From assembly GCA_964531495.1 (NCBI GenBank), contig CAZHDS010000002.1, positions 1 through 44,104 on the forward strand: DNA of 44,104 nt, read 5' to 3'. Below are positions 34,052-42,741 of this stretch, piece after piece; the first letter of the stretch is position 1; each line of letters begins with the position of its first letter. The stretch is from an uncultured Ignavibacteriales bacterium (lineage in GTDB: Bacteria; Zixibacteria; MSB-5A5; GN15; FEB-12). The notes beneath the pieces are model-generated. The model was not told where the DNA came from and ran no database searches. It saw only the letters and a list, made by a program, of their open reading frames with translations. The translations under genes and the position numbers were made by a program.

Positions 34052-35540
34052 CCGGCAACTCGATATCATCGAGTTGATCAAGTGACTCAGAGCGGCCGAA
34101 CATGGCCTTGAAGTCGATCTGACCACCCTTTAGTACCTTCAGAAAAACCCTTACCATAGCCGGATCAAACTGGCTGCCGCTATATTTAATCAGCTCACCG
34201 ACGGCCGTCCGCAGGTCGGATCCATCGCGATAGGGACGGTCGGACAAAATGGCATCAAAAGTATCCACCACCGCCAACAACCTACCCTCGACCGGAATCT
34301 CATCCCCCTTAAGTCCGTGGGGATAGCCGGATCCATCGTAGTGCTCATGGTGAGCCACAACGTACGGCATGGCGGGTTGGAAGAGATCGATGCCATCAAT
34401 GATATTCCGTCCCAGGTCGGGATGCGAGCGCATCTGCTTCAACTCGTCCTCGGTGAACGCGCCCGGCTTGTTGAGAATCCGATCCGGGACTCCGATCTTG
34501 CCGATGTCGTGCAGAGTACAGCCCATGACGATGCCTTCGAGCTGGCTCTCGGTCCAGCCCAATTCCTGCCCCATCAATTCAGCCAAACGGCATACTCTGT
34601 CGGTGTGACCAGCCGTGCACTGATCGCGCGCTTCGACGGCATTGGCCAGACCGCGAATGGCCTGCAGATACGATCCCTTGAGATCCCGATAAAGACGATC
34701 ATTGGCGATGGCCGAGGCGGCCGAACTGGCCAGAATACCGAGAATATCGAACTGCCCGGGTGTGAGGCTTCCAAAACGAGCCCGCACCAGGAGATTTATC
34801 ACACCCAGGAGCCTATCTCTGTCAATGATCGGCTGGGTGACGAAGGTCTGGCGTAGGTGCTCGCCATCGTCGTCGATGCGTTCGGAATGAACCACCGGAC
34901 GAAGACCGTTCTGGATTACGCTTGCCACAGAAGCCGGTTCTAAGACTTGAGAGCGGTAAGTATCATCCTCGCCCGCAAAAACTTCCTGATCCGGCTCGTG
35001 CGTACTCTGATCTACCCTGATGATGCCAACCGCACTCGCCAGAGTTTCCTTGCGACACGACCTGGCCACCATGCCGAGAAACTCCTGAAGATCGCTGCGT
35101 GTGCCGGTGGCGGCTGCGACGCGCAGGAATTCCACCTGCTCTTTCAACTGGAGGTTCTCGCGCAAGATCCGCTGATGCTCCAACCCGCGTCGTATGGTGG
35201 CTCGTAGCATCTCCAGCTTGAACGGCTTGACCAGAAAATCGAACGCTCCTCGCTTCAGCACTGAGATGGCGGTCTGAACTGTGGGGTGGGCCGTCATCAG
35301 AATAACGATGGCATCAGGATGCTCAGCCAGAGTTGCGTCAAGGATCTGCTCGCCTGAGAATTCGCCCATCATTAGATCGCTCAATACCAGATCGATCCGG
35401 CTGGTATGCACGTAATGAAGGGCCTCGGCCGGATCCGACACGGCCAGGGTATTGCAGCCCTCTCCGGCCAGAGCATCTGAAATTATGTTGCAGATGTACG
35501 GCTCGTCATCGACGATAAGAATGTTCGGGCACTGGTTCAC
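34029..35540 (-). CDS. Response regulator with REC, a central GAF-like region and an HD-GYP phosphohydrolase domain
   Basis: The REC domain reads 'ILIVDDEPYICNII...IDLVLSDLMMGEFSG...ILMTAHP'. The HD-GYP domain reads 'HTDRVCRLAE...LHDIGKIGVPDRILNKPG...HHEHYDGSGYPHGLKG'. The start is GTG, with AAGGA 9 nt upstream. Confidence 0.88.
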   Translation of the reverse strand: MNQCPNILIVDDEPYICNIISDALAGEGCNTLAVSDPAEALHYVHTSRIDLVLSDLMMGEFSGEQILDATLAEHPDAIVILMTAHPTVQTAISVLKRGAFDFLVKPFKLEMLRATIRRGLEHQRILRENLQLKEQVEFLRVAAATGTRSDLQEFLGMVARSCRKETLASAVGIIRVDQSTHEPDQEVFAGEDDTYRSQVLEPASVASVIQNGLRPVVHSERIDDDGEHLRQTFVTQPIIDRDRLLGVINLLVRARFGSLTPGQFDILGILASSAASAIANDRLYRDLKGSYLQAIRGLANAVEARDQCTAGHTDRVCRLAELMGQELGWTESQLEGIVMGCTLHDIGKIGVPDRILNKPGAFTEDELKQMRSHPDLGRNIIDGIDLFQPAMPYVVAHHEHYDGSGYPHGLKGDEIPVEGRLLAVVDTFDAILSDRPYRDGSDLRTAVGELIKYSGSQFDPAMVRVFLKVLKGGQIDFKAMFGRSESLDQLDDIELPATEKVSV

Positions 35541-35647
35541 AGATTTCCATCCTTAGCTGGTCGTTATCACTATTGCTATCGGATGTTGGGCCAAAAAGCC
35601 CAGACCCAGAACCACTATTGTTGAATAATTGAGCCTGTGTAGATTCA

Positions 35648-36532
35648 CTACACAGATCGGAACTGCTCGGCCCGGTAGGATGATCGGACCAGGGGTCCAG
35701 ACTGAACCCGCTGCAAACCAGCCCGGCGGGCATCCTCGCCCAGAGAGTCAAATTCGTCCGGCGGAACATAGCGGATGACCGGATGATGATCCTTCGATGG
35801 TGCTAGATATTGTCCCATAGTGAGCATCGCAACTCTATGGGTCACCAAATCATCAAATACCTTCAGCAATTCATCGCGGGTTTCGCCTAACCCAAGCATC
35901 AGACCCGATTTGGTAACCATATCCGAATTGTCAGCCATGTACTTCAGGAGATCCAACGAACGTTGATAGACTGCTCCCGGTCGAACTGACCGATAGAGTC
36001 TCGGTACTGTTTCGACGTTGTGATTAAAGACTTCCGGGGCGGCGGCTATGATGATGTCCGGAGCGCTCGGAGCCCGGCGAAAATCCGGAGTCAGTAGTTC
36101 GACGGTTGCCTCGGGCAGGTGAAGACGTAGTTGGCGAACCGTCTCAGCAAAATGACTCGCTCCACCGTCGGGAAGGTCATCGCGGGTTACCGAAGTCACC
36201 ACCACGTGTTTTAGCTTGAGTGTCACGGCCATTTCGGCCAGTTCCACTGGTTCTCGGGGATTCAACGGCAACGGTCTACCAGTGGCAATATCGCAGAAAC
36301 TGCAGTTGCGAGTGCATTTTGAGCCCATTATCAGGAAGGTAGCCGTGCCCCGGTTGAAGCATTCCCCTCGATTGGGGCAGTTGGCCGCCTGACAAACCGT
36401 ATGAAGGCCGTGGTTCTTGACCAGACCAGCAACCTGGTCATAGCCGGTTCCGGCAAATCCGCGTACCTTAAGCCAATCCGGCTTCTGCAGTCTTGCTTCC
36501 ATATCCTGTCGTTTCTGTTTCCGCTCTGGCAA
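35648..36532 (-). CDS. lipA: Lipoyl synthase
   Basis: 'CQAANCPNRGECFNRGTATFLIMGSKCTRNCSFCDI' contains both the auxiliary-cluster and the radical-SAM CxxxCxxC cysteine motifs of LipA. Confidence 0.93.
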   Translation of the reverse strand: MPERKQKRQDMEARLQKPDWLKVRGFAGTGYDQVAGLVKNHGLHTVCQAANCPNRGECFNRGTATFLIMGSKCTRNCSFCDIATGRPLPLNPREPVELAEMAVTLKLKHVVVTSVTRDDLPDGGASHFAETVRQLRLHLPEATVELLTPDFRRAPSAPDIIIAAAPEVFNHNVETVPRLYRSVRPGAVYQRSLDLLKYMADNSDMVTKSGLMLGLGETRDELLKVFDDLVTHRVAMLTMGQYLAPSKDHHPVIRYVPPDEFDSLGEDARRAGLQRVQSGPLVRSSYRAEQFRSV

Positions 36533-36652
36533 ACTATTTCCCCTGTCTAACAGGTCGCTATTCGGGCCGTTCCCGTAAGTCGCTCAAAATATACGGGAAA
36601 TCGCCGATAATCAACAGTAAGTGCTTGCAAATCACCTGTAAGGAGATAACGG

Positions 36653-39229
36653 ATGATCCGTCGCCACGTCACAATCGCCATTATGGTCATAATTGCTCTG
36701 GCAGCTACCGCAACGGCCGAGATTGTCAAAAGAGGCCAGGCAACCAGCCTGGGACCGATCGAGCCAATCCCCATCCGCGAAAACACCCGGTTGGTCGCAG
36801 CTGATACCTGCTACGCAGTGGCCTTTGACTCCATGGCTTGGTCCGTTGATGGCTGGCTGGCGGGAGATGAGCTGTACAAGGTCTATCTTGATCCCGAACT
36901 GAGCTGCCCGGATCCATATCCGTTTACCGTCGAGGAAATACACATCATTGTTGGTTTCGAAGGCGCGACCACAATCCTCTACGCCGGTGATGTCGAAGCG
37001 GTCGACTACACCAACCCCAGCTGTCCGATGCCTGGCACTTTGCTTGGATTGTCGCCTGACTACCAGGACAACGTGGTCGATCCCGATTTTTACGACATAT
37101 GGGTGGAGATAGATCCACCAGTGGTTGTCAATGGACCTTTCTTTGCCGGTTTCTACTTCGGTCCCGGTATCGATCCATACTCAGTACCGCTGATCGTAAC
37201 TGACGATACGCCCGTTTTGTGCAACTCCTTCAACATGTGGGATGAGAGCGTCGGGTGGGTGGATCTGGTCAACAACACTTACTACAATTTTCCCGGACGT
37301 CTGGCCATGTATGCGGTTGGCTCCACGGGCGGTGGCACCACGGCTCCTCCGGTCGCCGAATTCACAGCCAGTCCGACCATCGCCTGCGCCGGCAATACTG
37401 TCAACTTCACGAGCGCCTCGACCGGCACGATCTCGAGCTACAGCTGGTCTTTCGGTGATGGTGGTACTGCCACGACGGCCAATCCGACCCACGCCTATGC
37501 CACGCCCGGTCAGTATGATGTTAGCCTGACAGTCAATGGCACAGGTGGCACCGACACCGAGACCAAGACCAATTATATAACCGTCCCAGCCGTACCCACA
37601 GCCGATTTTTCGGCCTCACCCACCAGCGGTACTGTCCCTCTCTACGTCAACTTCACGAGCCTATCGACGGGCGGAACGTCCTGGTTATGGAATTTCGGTG
37701 ACGGCTCGACCTCGACGGTGCAGCACCCCGCGCACAACTACACTGTCGCCGGTGACTATGCCGTCTCTTTGACAGTCTCCAGTTACTGTGGCACCGATCT
37801 TGAGACCAAGACGTCATACATATCCGTGCAAAGCGCCACGACCGTGCCGCCACCGGAAGTGGCCTGGCTCTCAATCGATCACGGCCATTCTTTGCTGGGA
37901 TCCAGCGAACTTTGGGTGAACGAGACCACCGGCTCTGAGCATGTTGACTATGTAACCTTTGAGTACTCTTCGGGCGGCGGCTATACGTCTATAGGCACCG
38001 ATTTCGATGGTTCGTCCCCCCTTCGCGATGGAACCTCCTCGGCGACCAGCGGGACCGGTTTTAGCCTCAACTGGGATTTCTCCAGCCTGCCTGAAGGCAC
38101 GTATACGTTGCGCGCCACAGTCCACGATACCCTGGGCCAAACGGCCTCGGCCATCGCCACCGTTTATCTAGAGCCAACCCCCCCGATCGCAACAGTCACC
38201 TCGCCTGACAATGGCGATGAGTTCTGCAGCGAGCTGCGGTTGCTGATGTCCTCCAGTGATGAGAACATGAGCTACGTCGAGGTGCATCGTCGTTCCGCCA
38301 GTCACGACTATTCCGTCGGGCTATCGACGACAACCGCCACCGCTCGTCATAGCGCCCCTGCTGCCGCCGCGCTCGCAGTTCGTCTCTGGGCCGACCTAGG
38401 TTATCAGGTCATGCAATATGGCGGTGGTACCCTGACGATACCGCAGCTAACCGACAGCCTGGCCACCCGCTGCAGCACCAACGACAATCTGGGAACCTAT
38501 GACGATGATTTTCTCTGGGGCCTCATGCGGTACTTCGCTGACCACGGCAACTTGCTCGAATTTGCCTCTCAGCGCTCCCCATCGTACTATGACTTACGAG
38601 TCAGCGTGGAGGAACAGCGGCGAAGCGCGATAATTGGCTTGAGCGGTGCCAGCGGACGCTGGTTGGCCATAGATGGTTTTGGAAACTGGCCAGCGGACGG
38701 TGAAGACTGGCAAGTGACCGTATCTGATCCGGCCAACGGCACCAAATACGACGTGCCAATGCGCGACAACTTCACCAGTCACCAGGTACTGTACAACGGC
38801 AGTTGGCACAACGTCGATATGGTGATAACTGTGTTCGCTCGCAACTACCCCGTCGCCCGGCAGCTCATGGGGGCCGATTTCAGCGGCAACGATGGCTGGA
38901 GTTACACCTGGGAGCCCACCGGCATCGATGAGGATAGCCTGTATTTCTTCCGCAGTACGGGATACGACGCAGGCGGCCTCTCGGGCACTTCGACCGTCCT
39001 GATTCACTACTCTTGTAGCAGCCAGCATGTCGCCGGCGACTACAACGGCGACGACGCAGCCAATATTCTCGATCTCGTGCTGCTGGTCGACTTCGTAACC
39101 GGGCGAGGCTCGGCCCCCGCCGGAGGCGAGGCGCGAGCCGATGCCAATGGTGACGGATATGTCAATATCGCCGACGTCGTGTATTACATGAATTTTCTGT
39201 TCGGCTCGGCGGAAGCGCCCAACTTCTAA
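36653..39229 (+). CDS. Secreted multidomain surface protein: N-terminal domain, 2 PKD domains, Ig-like region, possible degenerate papain-like domain, C-terminal dockerin
   Basis: The signal peptide is MIRRHVTIAIMVIIALAATATA, and AAGGAG lies 8 nt upstream of the ATG. The PKD and dockerin motifs are listed as separate features. Confidence 0.88.
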   Translation: MIRRHVTIAIMVIIALAATATAEIVKRGQATSLGPIEPIPIRENTRLVAADTCYAVAFDSMAWSVDGWLAGDELYKVYLDPELSCPDPYPFTVEEIHIIVGFEGATTILYAGDVEAVDYTNPSCPMPGTLLGLSPDYQDNVVDPDFYDIWVEIDPPVVVNGPFFAGFYFGPGIDPYSVPLIVTDDTPVLCNSFNMWDESVGWVDLVNNTYYNFPGRLAMYAVGSTGGGTTAPPVAEFTASPTIACAGNTVNFTSASTGTISSYSWSFGDGGTATTANPTHAYATPGQYDVSLTVNGTGGTDTETKTNYITVPAVPTADFSASPTSGTVPLYVNFTSLSTGGTSWLWNFGDGSTSTVQHPAHNYTVAGDYAVSLTVSSYCGTDLETKTSYISVQSATTVPPPEVAWLSIDHGHSLLGSSELWVNETTGSEHVDYVTFEYSSGGGYTSIGTDFDGSSPLRDGTSSATSGTGFSLNWDFSSLPEGTYTLRATVHDTLGQTASAIATVYLEPTPPIATVTSPDNGDEFCSELRLLMSSSDENMSYVEVHRRSASHDYSVGLSTTTATARHSAPAAAALAVRLWADLGYQVMQYGGGTLTIPQLTDSLATRCSTNDNLGTYDDDFLWGLMRYFADHGNLLEFASQRSPSYYDLRVSVEEQRRSAIIGLSGASGRWLAIDGFGNWPADGEDWQVTVSDPANGTKYDVPMRDNFTSHQVLYNGSWHNVDMVITVFARNYPVARQLMGADFSGNDGWSYTWEPTGIDEDSLYFFRSTGYDAGGLSGTSTVLIHYSCSSQHVAGDYNGDDAANILDLVLLVDFVTGRGSAPAGGEARADANGDGYVNIADVVYYMNFLFGSAEAPNF
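37352..37835 (+). other. Two tandem PKD domains inside the 858-aa protein (about 37352-37587 and 37601-37835)
   Basis: The two motifs are 'VNFTSASTGTISSYSWSFGDGGTATTANPTHAYATPGQYDVSLTV' and 'VNFTSLSTGGTSWLWNFGDGSTSTVQHPAHNYTVAGDYAVSLTV', matching W.FGDG...H.Y...G.Y.V.LTV. Confidence 0.85.
39035..39205 (+). other. Dockerin-type duplicated Ca-binding repeat at the C-terminus of the 858-aa protein
   Basis: 'GDYNGDDAANILDLVLLVDF' and 'ADANGDGYVNIADVVYYMNF' are two D.N.D(G)..n..D loop-helix repeats about 35 aa apart. Confidence 0.75.
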
Positions 39230-39273
39230 CAATCCGTCAAACGAGAGAACGCATCAAGACTAGCTGATGTGGC

Positions 39274-39289
39274 AGCCGCGAAAGCGGCT
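39274..39289. terminator. Short GAAA-tetraloop hairpin between convergent genes (possible terminator; no U-tract)
   Basis: The sequence AGCCGC-gaaa-GCGGCT abuts the stop codon of the 39288..40490 gene. Confidence 0.3.
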
Positions 39290-40490
39290 ACCATCGCAGC
39301 TGCCAACTGGCCGAATCCGGGACATCCAGACGCTGGCGGAGAATCGTGCCATCCTGTCTACTGATAGTGATTTCGTACTCCGCTCCATCGTCGCCCAGCC
39401 CGGCCGACGGTACCACATCCAGAGAGAAGTATCCATAGGAGTCGGTGACGGTAGAGACCTCAGTCGGAGTGACAATGCCATTCGCAAAAGTCGTCACGCC
39501 GCTCGGAATGCGCGCCGAAACACTGACGTTGTCTTCGGCCAGTCCATTGGCATTGTACAGATACCCCCAGATCCGACACAACGACGGAAAGGTCGGTGTC
39601 CCTGGATCGAACCCAGCGCAAAGGACGGTATCCACGCCCGCGCCGCCCACGACCAGAGTATCATACGCTTCGAAAATGTATCCCGGCGAGGCAGCCACCA
39701 CGACAAAGCTACCGGCATCAAGATTGAACGAAATCGTTCCATAGCTGTCGCTCGTTCCGACCGCGATGAGAGCTGTCTGGGATAGATTGCGCACCACCGT
39801 CCGCGCCCCCGGAACGACCTGAGAGGAACTAGAGTCGAAGAGCTGAATCGTGTACGAGTAGAGCCCCGAACCTGAGCCAATGCCCGAAATCTCATCGTCA
39901 AGGAATTTGCCAAAGGTGCCAGCAGTGGTGTGACCGCTCTGGGGCGTATTCCAAACCCAATGTGCGGCATTCGACGAATCAGCCCCGCGTTCGGTGTAGT
40001 TGGTGTCTATCGCCCCGCCTTTGACCAGAACTGAGTCCTCGATCTTCTGCAGTTGCTCGGACAGCTCTCGGCTGACGATCTGAAAGTCGATCTGGGCCGG
40101 GGTCAGAAGTGACAGACTGGTATTGCGAGCCACCAACCCCAGCGAGTAACTACCCATAACACCGGGACCATCAAGGTTCGAGACTTGATCTGCAAACAGA
40201 TAGAAACGGCCCGAACCAACGGTAGTGGTCGTCACCCGACTGTCCGAGACGGCCATTGAGTTACTGTAGACAACGCTTCCCCGCGGACCGCTAACGGCAA
40301 CAAAGAGCGAGTCGGCGATAGTCGGGTTGCCCAGACTATCAAGCGAGTAGAAAACTACTCCGATAGAATCTTCGGCGGTTGGCGATGTCGTCGAGTTATT
40401 CACGATGGCCGCTGATGCCCCCAGGGCGATCCACAAGCCGATGATCAGTACAAACGCTTTCATAGTAACTTCATTGCGACTTCGCATCAT
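39288..40490 (-). CDS. Secreted protein with carboxypeptidase-regulatory-like / Ig-like beta-sandwich repeats (function unknown)
   Basis: The signal peptide is MMRSRNEVTMKAFVLIIGLWIALGASAA. CarboxypepD_reg-like segments are 'GTSDSYGTISFNLDAGSFVVVAASPGY' and 'CRIWGYLYNANGLAEDNVSVSARIP...TDSYGYFSLDVVPS'. The start overlaps the upstream gene's stop (ATGA), and GGGAGA serves as the Shine-Dalgarno. Confidence 0.78.
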   Translation of the reverse strand: MMRSRNEVTMKAFVLIIGLWIALGASAAIVNNSTTSPTAEDSIGVVFYSLDSLGNPTIADSLFVAVSGPRGSVVYSNSMAVSDSRVTTTTVGSGRFYLFADQVSNLDGPGVMGSYSLGLVARNTSLSLLTPAQIDFQIVSRELSEQLQKIEDSVLVKGGAIDTNYTERGADSSNAAHWVWNTPQSGHTTAGTFGKFLDDEISGIGSGSGLYSYTIQLFDSSSSQVVPGARTVVRNLSQTALIAVGTSDSYGTISFNLDAGSFVVVAASPGYIFEAYDTLVVGGAGVDTVLCAGFDPGTPTFPSLCRIWGYLYNANGLAEDNVSVSARIPSGVTTFANGIVTPTEVSTVTDSYGYFSLDVVPSAGLGDDGAEYEITISRQDGTILRQRLDVPDSASWQLRW

Positions 40491-41242
40491 AATGATCTCC
40501 CGTTTTTGATGAGGCGTCCTCGACGTTTTGGCGTGCCGCTCGCCTCGTATTCATAGAGTATCAGCAATGGCTGAGTACTGGCCTCACCCTCCGAGGCTCG
40601 CAGCACCTTGCCACTGGAGGAGGATGGCGCGGCGTCTTCGTTGATCAGGATGAAACCATGGTTGTTGCCACTGGTGTCGAAGTAGTTTAAGAGACGCCGG
40701 AAGTGATCAAATGAAAAATACTGACCGGTCCCGGTGATGGTCGTCGTGCAGGCAATGGCCGTGGTGTAGTCACCGCCAGCAGTCGACCACAGCAGTGAGT
40801 CACCATCTCCGTCATCAAGATAGGCGTGCAACCACGTCGCTCCGCTGTCTGGATTGGGATAGTTGCCAATAACATAATCGAACTCGGTGCCCTCGACGAA
40901 GGCCCGAGTCAAAGGATACGCCATGATTCGTCGGTCCAAAGCGTCGGTCTCGTACTTGCAGTACACCTTGAAGACCGCCGAGTCCGGAACCTCACCATCC
41001 CATCCTGGCAGGGCACAGAGCAAGCGAGACCATTTTATACCGGCCGTTTTGCCAACGGTGGCGTTGATCACTCCCCCGGCGTTGTAGCGACGACAATCTT
41101 CGCCATACACTTCTGGATTGCAGCCCTCCCAGGAGTAGATGAAGGCATCATCAATGTCGCTCGTATCTCGCAGGGTATCCGCCGCGCCGAGCACAACCTG
41201 ACTGCACAACAGCAGTCCGACAAATCCCAGGCAACACTGCAT
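40487..41242 (-). CDS. Secreted protein of unknown function; layout reminiscent of a DNRLRE-type domain (weak call)
   Basis: The signal peptide is MQCCLGFVGLLLCSQVVLGA. The pattern 'DDAFIYS...NAGG..ATVGK...SRLLCALPGW.GEVPDSAVFKVYC...RRIMAYPLTRAFVEGT....GATW' resembles the DNRLRE domain layout. AAGGAGG lies 7 nt upstream of the ATG. The CDS itself is confident; my confidence in the family label is only about 0.35. Confidence 0.72.
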   Translation of the reverse strand: MQCCLGFVGLLLCSQVVLGAADTLRDTSDIDDAFIYSWEGCNPEVYGEDCRRYNAGGVINATVGKTAGIKWSRLLCALPGWDGEVPDSAVFKVYCKYETDALDRRIMAYPLTRAFVEGTEFDYVIGNYPNPDSGATWLHAYLDDGDGDSLLWSTAGGDYTTAIACTTTITGTGQYFSFDHFRRLLNYFDTSGNNHGFILINEDAAPSSSSGKVLRASEGEASTQPLLILYEYEASGTPKRRGRLIKNGRSL

Positions 41243-41243
41243 G

Positions 41244-41537
41244 CTAAGCCTCCTTCTTGCGACGCTTACCGCCTGCCGACGGGGCCGCTTTGCGTGGTGG
41301 CTTATCGACTGTCATCACCTGGCGCCGAATGCGATCCATCTCCGCCCAGAACTCACGCTGATCGGATCCGGATGGCGTCAGTTTGTGTCGTAGTTCTATC
41401 ATCTTCAAAAACTCCCCCAGACGTACGCTGGTATTGTCAGGGTCAAGCAGATTGCGGTACTCCCGAATGAGCAGATCGTCGAGCAGCGTCAGGTAGTGCT
41501 CGCTCTGGTCCTGCTCAGCCGTCACCAGTGCGGGCAC
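41244..41537 (-). CDS. Small hypothetical protein (97 aa), predicted helical, with a Lys/Arg-rich C-terminal tail
   Basis: The GTG start lies 1 nt after the upstream stop (TGAaGTG), and there is no separate Shine-Dalgarno. The tail reads 'KPPRKAAPSAGGKRRKKEA'. I recognise no family. Confidence 0.6.
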   Translation of the reverse strand: MPALVTAEQDQSEHYLTLLDDLLIREYRNLLDPDNTSVRLGEFLKMIELRHKLTPSGSDQREFWAEMDRIRRQVMTVDKPPRKAAPSAGGKRRKKEA

Positions 41538-41538
41538 T

Positions 41539-41913
41539 TCAAGAACCCATTTCGACTATCAGCAGATCGGCTGTGACCGGCCCGGTCGCGTTAGAATCGC
41601 GGGCCAGCTTGAAGCCGGTTTCTGATTCATCGCCGACCACGAAGACATTTTGGGAGGACCGCGGCCTCACGATCACTCGGGCGGCGTCGATCGTATCGGG
41701 TAGTCGATTGCCGCGATGATCGGTCAGGTCTTCGAAGACAACCGCCTGAGCATCACCGCCCAAAGAATGGCTGCCGTAGCCAATCGTGCTCTCGGAACCA
41801 ATCTGCTCTAAGATCAAGAAGTCCGCCGTTCCCCACTCGCTCAGGCCCCAAACCTCGAACTCCGGCACGAACCACATTCGGCGCGATTGCGCCCGATCTA
41901 ATCCAGACAACAT
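41539..41913 (-). CDS. Hypothetical protein (124 aa), no signal peptide
   Basis: AAGGAG lies 7 nt upstream of the ATG. The sequence looks beta-rich. I recognise no family. Confidence 0.7.
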   Translation of the reverse strand: MLSGLDRAQSRRMWFVPEFEVWGLSEWGTADFLILEQIGSESTIGYGSHSLGGDAQAVVFEDLTDHRGNRLPDTIDAARVIVRPRSSQNVFVVGDESETGFKLARDSNATGPVTADLLIVEMGS

Positions 41914-41925
41914 GAGTACTCCTTG

Positions 41926-42738
41926 TTAACCGTGAGAGGGATGGCTCGGCCCAGTCAAGGGAGCCCTAAAGCCGGCCAGATACTTCTCAGCCATATCGCT
42001 ATTCACTTCGGCCAGTTTCAGCCAAACGGAAGCGATGCGGTCTTCCCCTCGTCCACTGGACAGCTCGCGTCCGGCCGCAGTACGACAGACTACCGCCAGC
42101 GCTCGATAGGTAGCGGCCGCCTGGAGGGTCGGATCAGCTCCAAATTGTCGATCAGGATCAACTTCGCGCTCAATAGTGCCATTGGCCTCCACGACGGCAT
42201 TGTCCAGAACGATCTGATCGAAACTTTCATAGCGCGGCGAGAAGTCGACAAAGACTCGCTCCCCTGAAGATAGCGAACTACCGTTGGTGCGTCGCAGTTC
42301 CGCTCGCGCCGCATCAAGGACGTAGTCGCTTCCCGCCTGACAGACAGTGTAAGGCAGATACCATATCGTGACCGTCGTACCAAGGGCCAGACTACCGCTC
42401 TCTTTGATCTTGATCTTACCCTCTGGCCAATCAACGGCAAAATCGACATTCTCGGCGTAGACTACTCCGAGAGAGCTGTCCGAGGCAATCACTACCGATC
42501 CGGGGACCAGCGGCGTCGAGGCCACAGCCAGCTCGGCCGACGATAGAAGCAGGGACTGGCGCGTCAGGCTCTGGCTGCGAATTGACTTCACCAGCATCGA
42601 GTCCCCATCGACGGCACCACCGTAAAACGGCTGATCAGTCGTTCCCCTGAGATGCACCACCTGATCATAGATCCGGTCCTGCAAGGGAACAGTGCTGATC
42701 AGCCGATGACTAAGCAATTCCACGTTTGTATACGACAT
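41926..42738 (-). CDS. Hypothetical protein (270 aa), no signal peptide
   Basis: AGGAGA lies 7 nt upstream of the ATG, and the gene begins 3 nt after the upstream stop. I recognise no family. Confidence 0.75.
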   Translation of the reverse strand: MSYTNVELLSHRLISTVPLQDRIYDQVVHLRGTTDQPFYGGAVDGDSMLVKSIRSQSLTRQSLLLSSAELAVASTPLVPGSVVIASDSSLGVVYAENVDFAVDWPEGKIKIKESGSLALGTTVTIWYLPYTVCQAGSDYVLDAARAELRRTNGSSLSSGERVFVDFSPRYESFDQIVLDNAVVEANGTIEREVDPDRQFGADPTLQAAATYRALAVVCRTAAGRELSSGRGEDRIASVWLKLAEVNSDMAEKYLAGFRAPLTGPSHPSHG

Positions 42739-42741
42739 CTC

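Noticed and set aside
37352-37835. Repeated DNA that might be mistaken for a tandem-repeat or CRISPR-like array.
   Set aside because: The two units are about 240 nt long, diverged, in frame, and encode canonical PKD domains. There is no short repeat/spacer periodicity here or anywhere else in the window.
38594-39232. A 212-aa ORF on the - strand.
   Set aside because: It is antisense to the C-terminal part of the PKD-dockerin protein, including the clear dockerin repeats.
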